Origin: Sphingomonadales bacterium BRH_c3
GTDB lineage: Bacteria > Pseudomonadota > Alphaproteobacteria > Sphingomonadales > Sphingomonadaceae
Length of the DNA stretch: 62,819 nucleotides
NCBI GenBank assembly: GCA_001515985.1
Contig: LOET01000112.1
Location: 1-62,819 of the forward strand
Direction: 5' to 3'
Under the pieces are notes generated by a model, which worked only from the letters and a program-made list of their open reading frames with translations, had not been told where the DNA came from and searched no databases. Shown piece by piece: positions 60,581 to 62,819 of the stretch (positions are counted from its first letter, which is position 1; every line of letters begins with the position of its first letter). The position numbers were made by a program, and so were the translations under genes.

Positions 60581-61403
60581 GGTCTTGTCAGGAGGATGGC
60601 GAGCTCGCGATCAGGCTGCTAGTCGAAACGGATGAACAAGCCGAAGAACCCGTTCGCCTACTTCCACTCTTCGCCCGAAGTCATCCGGATGGTCGTGATG
60701 CTTTACGTCCGGTTTCCACTTTCGCTGCGGAATGTGGAAGACCTGCTCTTCGAGCACGGGGTAGACATATGTCATGAAACGGTGCGGCTGTGGTGGAATA
60801 GGTTCGGTCCGGCGTTCGCAGCGGACATCAAGCGGCAGCGGATCAACCGGATGAAGGGCTTCACCCAGTGGCGCTGGCATGTCGATGAGGTCTTCGTGAA
60901 GATCAACGGCGAGACCCATTACCTATGGCGCGCCGTCGATCATGAAGGTGAGATCCTGGAGAGCTATGTTACCAAAAAGCGGGATAAAAAGGCCGCGCTC
61001 CGCTTTTTCAAGAAGACCCTGAAGCGGTACGGAAAGCCGGAAGCGATCGTCACCGATGGGTTAAGATCCTACCCAGCGGCGATGCGAGAGCTTGGCAATC
61101 TCGAACGACGCGAAATGGGACGCTGGCTCAACAACCGTGCCGAGAATTCACACCTGCCCCTGCGCAGACGAGAGCGGGTGATGCTCCGCTTCCGACGAAT
61201 GAAGACCTTGCAGAAGTTCGCGTCGGTCCACGCGAATGTGTACAACCATTTCAACGCAGAACGTCATCTCGTCGATCGCCAAACCTACAAGGCCCGCCGC
61301 TCTGCCGCATTGGCTGAGTGGCAAACTCTCATGGCCTGAAGAACGAACGGGGTAGGGGTGGCTGCGTCAGGTGGAGACGAGTTCGCGTCGGACTGACAGC
61401 ACC
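60581..61403 (+). mobile_element. IS6-family insertion sequence, apparently intact, preceded by an extra left end at 60529
   Basis: Ends GGTCTTGTCA and TGACAGCACC; 823 bp; no target-site duplication seen. Confidence 0.88.
60632..61339 (+). CDS. tnp: IS6-family DDE transposase
   Basis: 235 aa; WHVDEVFVKING, LWRAVD, IVTDG, NNRAENSH. Confidence 0.95.
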   Translation: MNKPKNPFAYFHSSPEVIRMVVMLYVRFPLSLRNVEDLLFEHGVDICHETVRLWWNRFGPAFAADIKRQRINRMKGFTQWRWHVDEVFVKINGETHYLWRAVDHEGEILESYVTKKRDKKAALRFFKKTLKRYGKPEAIVTDGLRSYPAAMRELGNLERREMGRWLNNRAENSHLPLRRRERVMLRFRRMKTLQKFASVHANVYNHFNAERHLVDRQTYKARRSAALAEWQTLMA

Positions 61404-62819
61404 CGCCAGGGGCAGTCTCGGACCAGCGCAAGTGGTTGTGGCATAGCCGTTCGGCAAAATCGCGGATGCGCGCTTCGCCCTGAAAACGCGCAAGCAGCAG
61501 AAACTCCTCTCCGCCGAAGCGCGCGACAAGGTCCTCGGCGCGGCAGGCATCGCGCAGCCTGCCCGCGAATTGCTGAAGTATCTCGTCGCCAAGAGCATGG
61601 CCGAAATTGTCGTTGACCTGCTTGAAATGATCGATGTCGAGGATCATCAGCGCGTGCATGCCCTGCCTGCGATCCGACCTGGCGAAGATGCTGTCAAACC
61701 GGGTGATGAAGGCGCGGCGATTGGGGATGCCGGTCAACTCGTCGGTCTGCGCCAGGTGCATCACCTGGTCGCGTTCCTGCTCGATCCTGTCACGCTCGCG
61801 GCGCAGCGATAGCGCGCGCAATGCCACTACGACGCTGGTGGTGAACGCCTCGATCAGCACTGCGGTATAGAAGCCGAGATCGAAGATTGGCAGGTCGGCA
61901 ATCACGCCGTTGGCGCGCAGCACCCGGCTGACCGCGACCAGCCCTACGCCCGACAGCCCCAGCAGTTGCAGCATTGCCATCCGGTCACCCTTGATCGCAT
62001 TGCGCACCAGCACGGAAATGGCGGTGAGCACCATCGCGCCAAATGCGAGATGGATGATCTGCGCGCCCACGAACGGCAGCCACGGCGATGCCAGTATGAT
62101 CGCGAAAGTAACCGCGCAGCAGCCGAACCCGGCGATGTGGAGCGCGCGCAGCCATGCCGCGCCCATCAGTTCCCGGCTGCACAGCCTGCCGATCAGCAGG
62201 CAGGCCGACATGGCCACCCAGCCGAGCGCGAGATAGACGGTGATCGAACGGTGCGCCATCGTCGCCTGCGGAAACAGATCGAAGATGATCCCCGACCAGG
62301 CGATGTGGTTGGCGATCAGCCCCGTCACCATCATCGTGTGGAACAGGATGAACCTCTCCCGCAGAGCAAGGAAAAACACGCCGTTGAGCAGCAGCGGGGC
62401 GAACAGCAGGCCCATCACCAGCGCGCTGGTTATGCGGCCACTGTGGTGGAGCGCGATATCGTGCGCCCGTTCAGCCAGCTCGATGTCATACCAGTTGGTC
62501 GGATCGAACGGGTTATCGATCTTGAGCAGAATGGCGGTGGGGCGCACCCCGGCCTCGTCCGTATAGGGCAGCGAGACGGCGTAGGGCGCCCGCCACCGCG
62601 CGGTCTGATCGGCCAGCGAGTGATCGGTGGTAATCAGCCGCCCATCGGCGAATTGGCGGGTCAGCGTGAAGGCGCCGTGGCGCGAGGTGCGCACGCGCAG
62701 CACCGGATCACCCAGGCCCTCATCCGCCGCGCCGATATCGGCCGCGATCCACAGCGTATAGGTGGCTTTCGCCATCTTGTCGGGGCCGCAATCGAACTCG
62801 GCACGCCGCGCCATGACCT
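61404..62819 (-). pseudogene. Membrane (7TM-DISM-like) diguanylate cyclase, C-terminus cut at the IS6; 5' end probably beyond the window
   Basis: TM segments, TDELTGIPNRR, DIDHFKQVND, RFGGEEF. The final GGDEF strands are absent and the ORF runs into the IS end. Confidence 0.8.

Overview
About 63 kb of GC-rich DNA, probably from an alphaproteobacterium of the Sphingomonadales (inferred from gene style, the TonB-dependent receptor and the IS types). Almost all of it is a mosaic accessory catabolic island of CoA-dependent and beta-oxidation-type genes: about 7 acyl-CoA dehydrogenases, thiolases, crotonases, many SDRs, two CitE-family enzymes (Mcl1-like and Mcl2-like), a split MaoC pair, MmgE/PrpD, a family III CoA-transferase, a cytochrome P450 with an ACAD/phosphotransferase pair, amidohydrolases, three MFS transporters, a TonB-dependent receptor and an IclR regulator. 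It is heavily scarred by IS remnants (IS6, IS481, IS110, IS3) and pseudogenes. IS6 right ends lie at about 1.8 kb and an intact IS6 at about 60.5-61.4 kb truncates a GGDEF gene. Main hidden signals: (1) a 14-bp palindrome ATTRCA-NN-TGYAAT about 105-190 bp upstream of a dozen transcription units, suggesting one regulon; (2) a candidate pathway joining P450 hydroxylation, an LvaA/LvaC (ACAD10/11)-like kinase/ACAD step and a methylsuccinyl-/mesaconyl-/methylmalyl-CoA-like lower route; (3) an uncharacterised pair of NIPSNAP-like proteins; (4) stacked IS6 ends and collapsed genes. All functional calls come from motif recognition by eye; no searches were run. No rRNA, tRNA or CRISPR array was seen.
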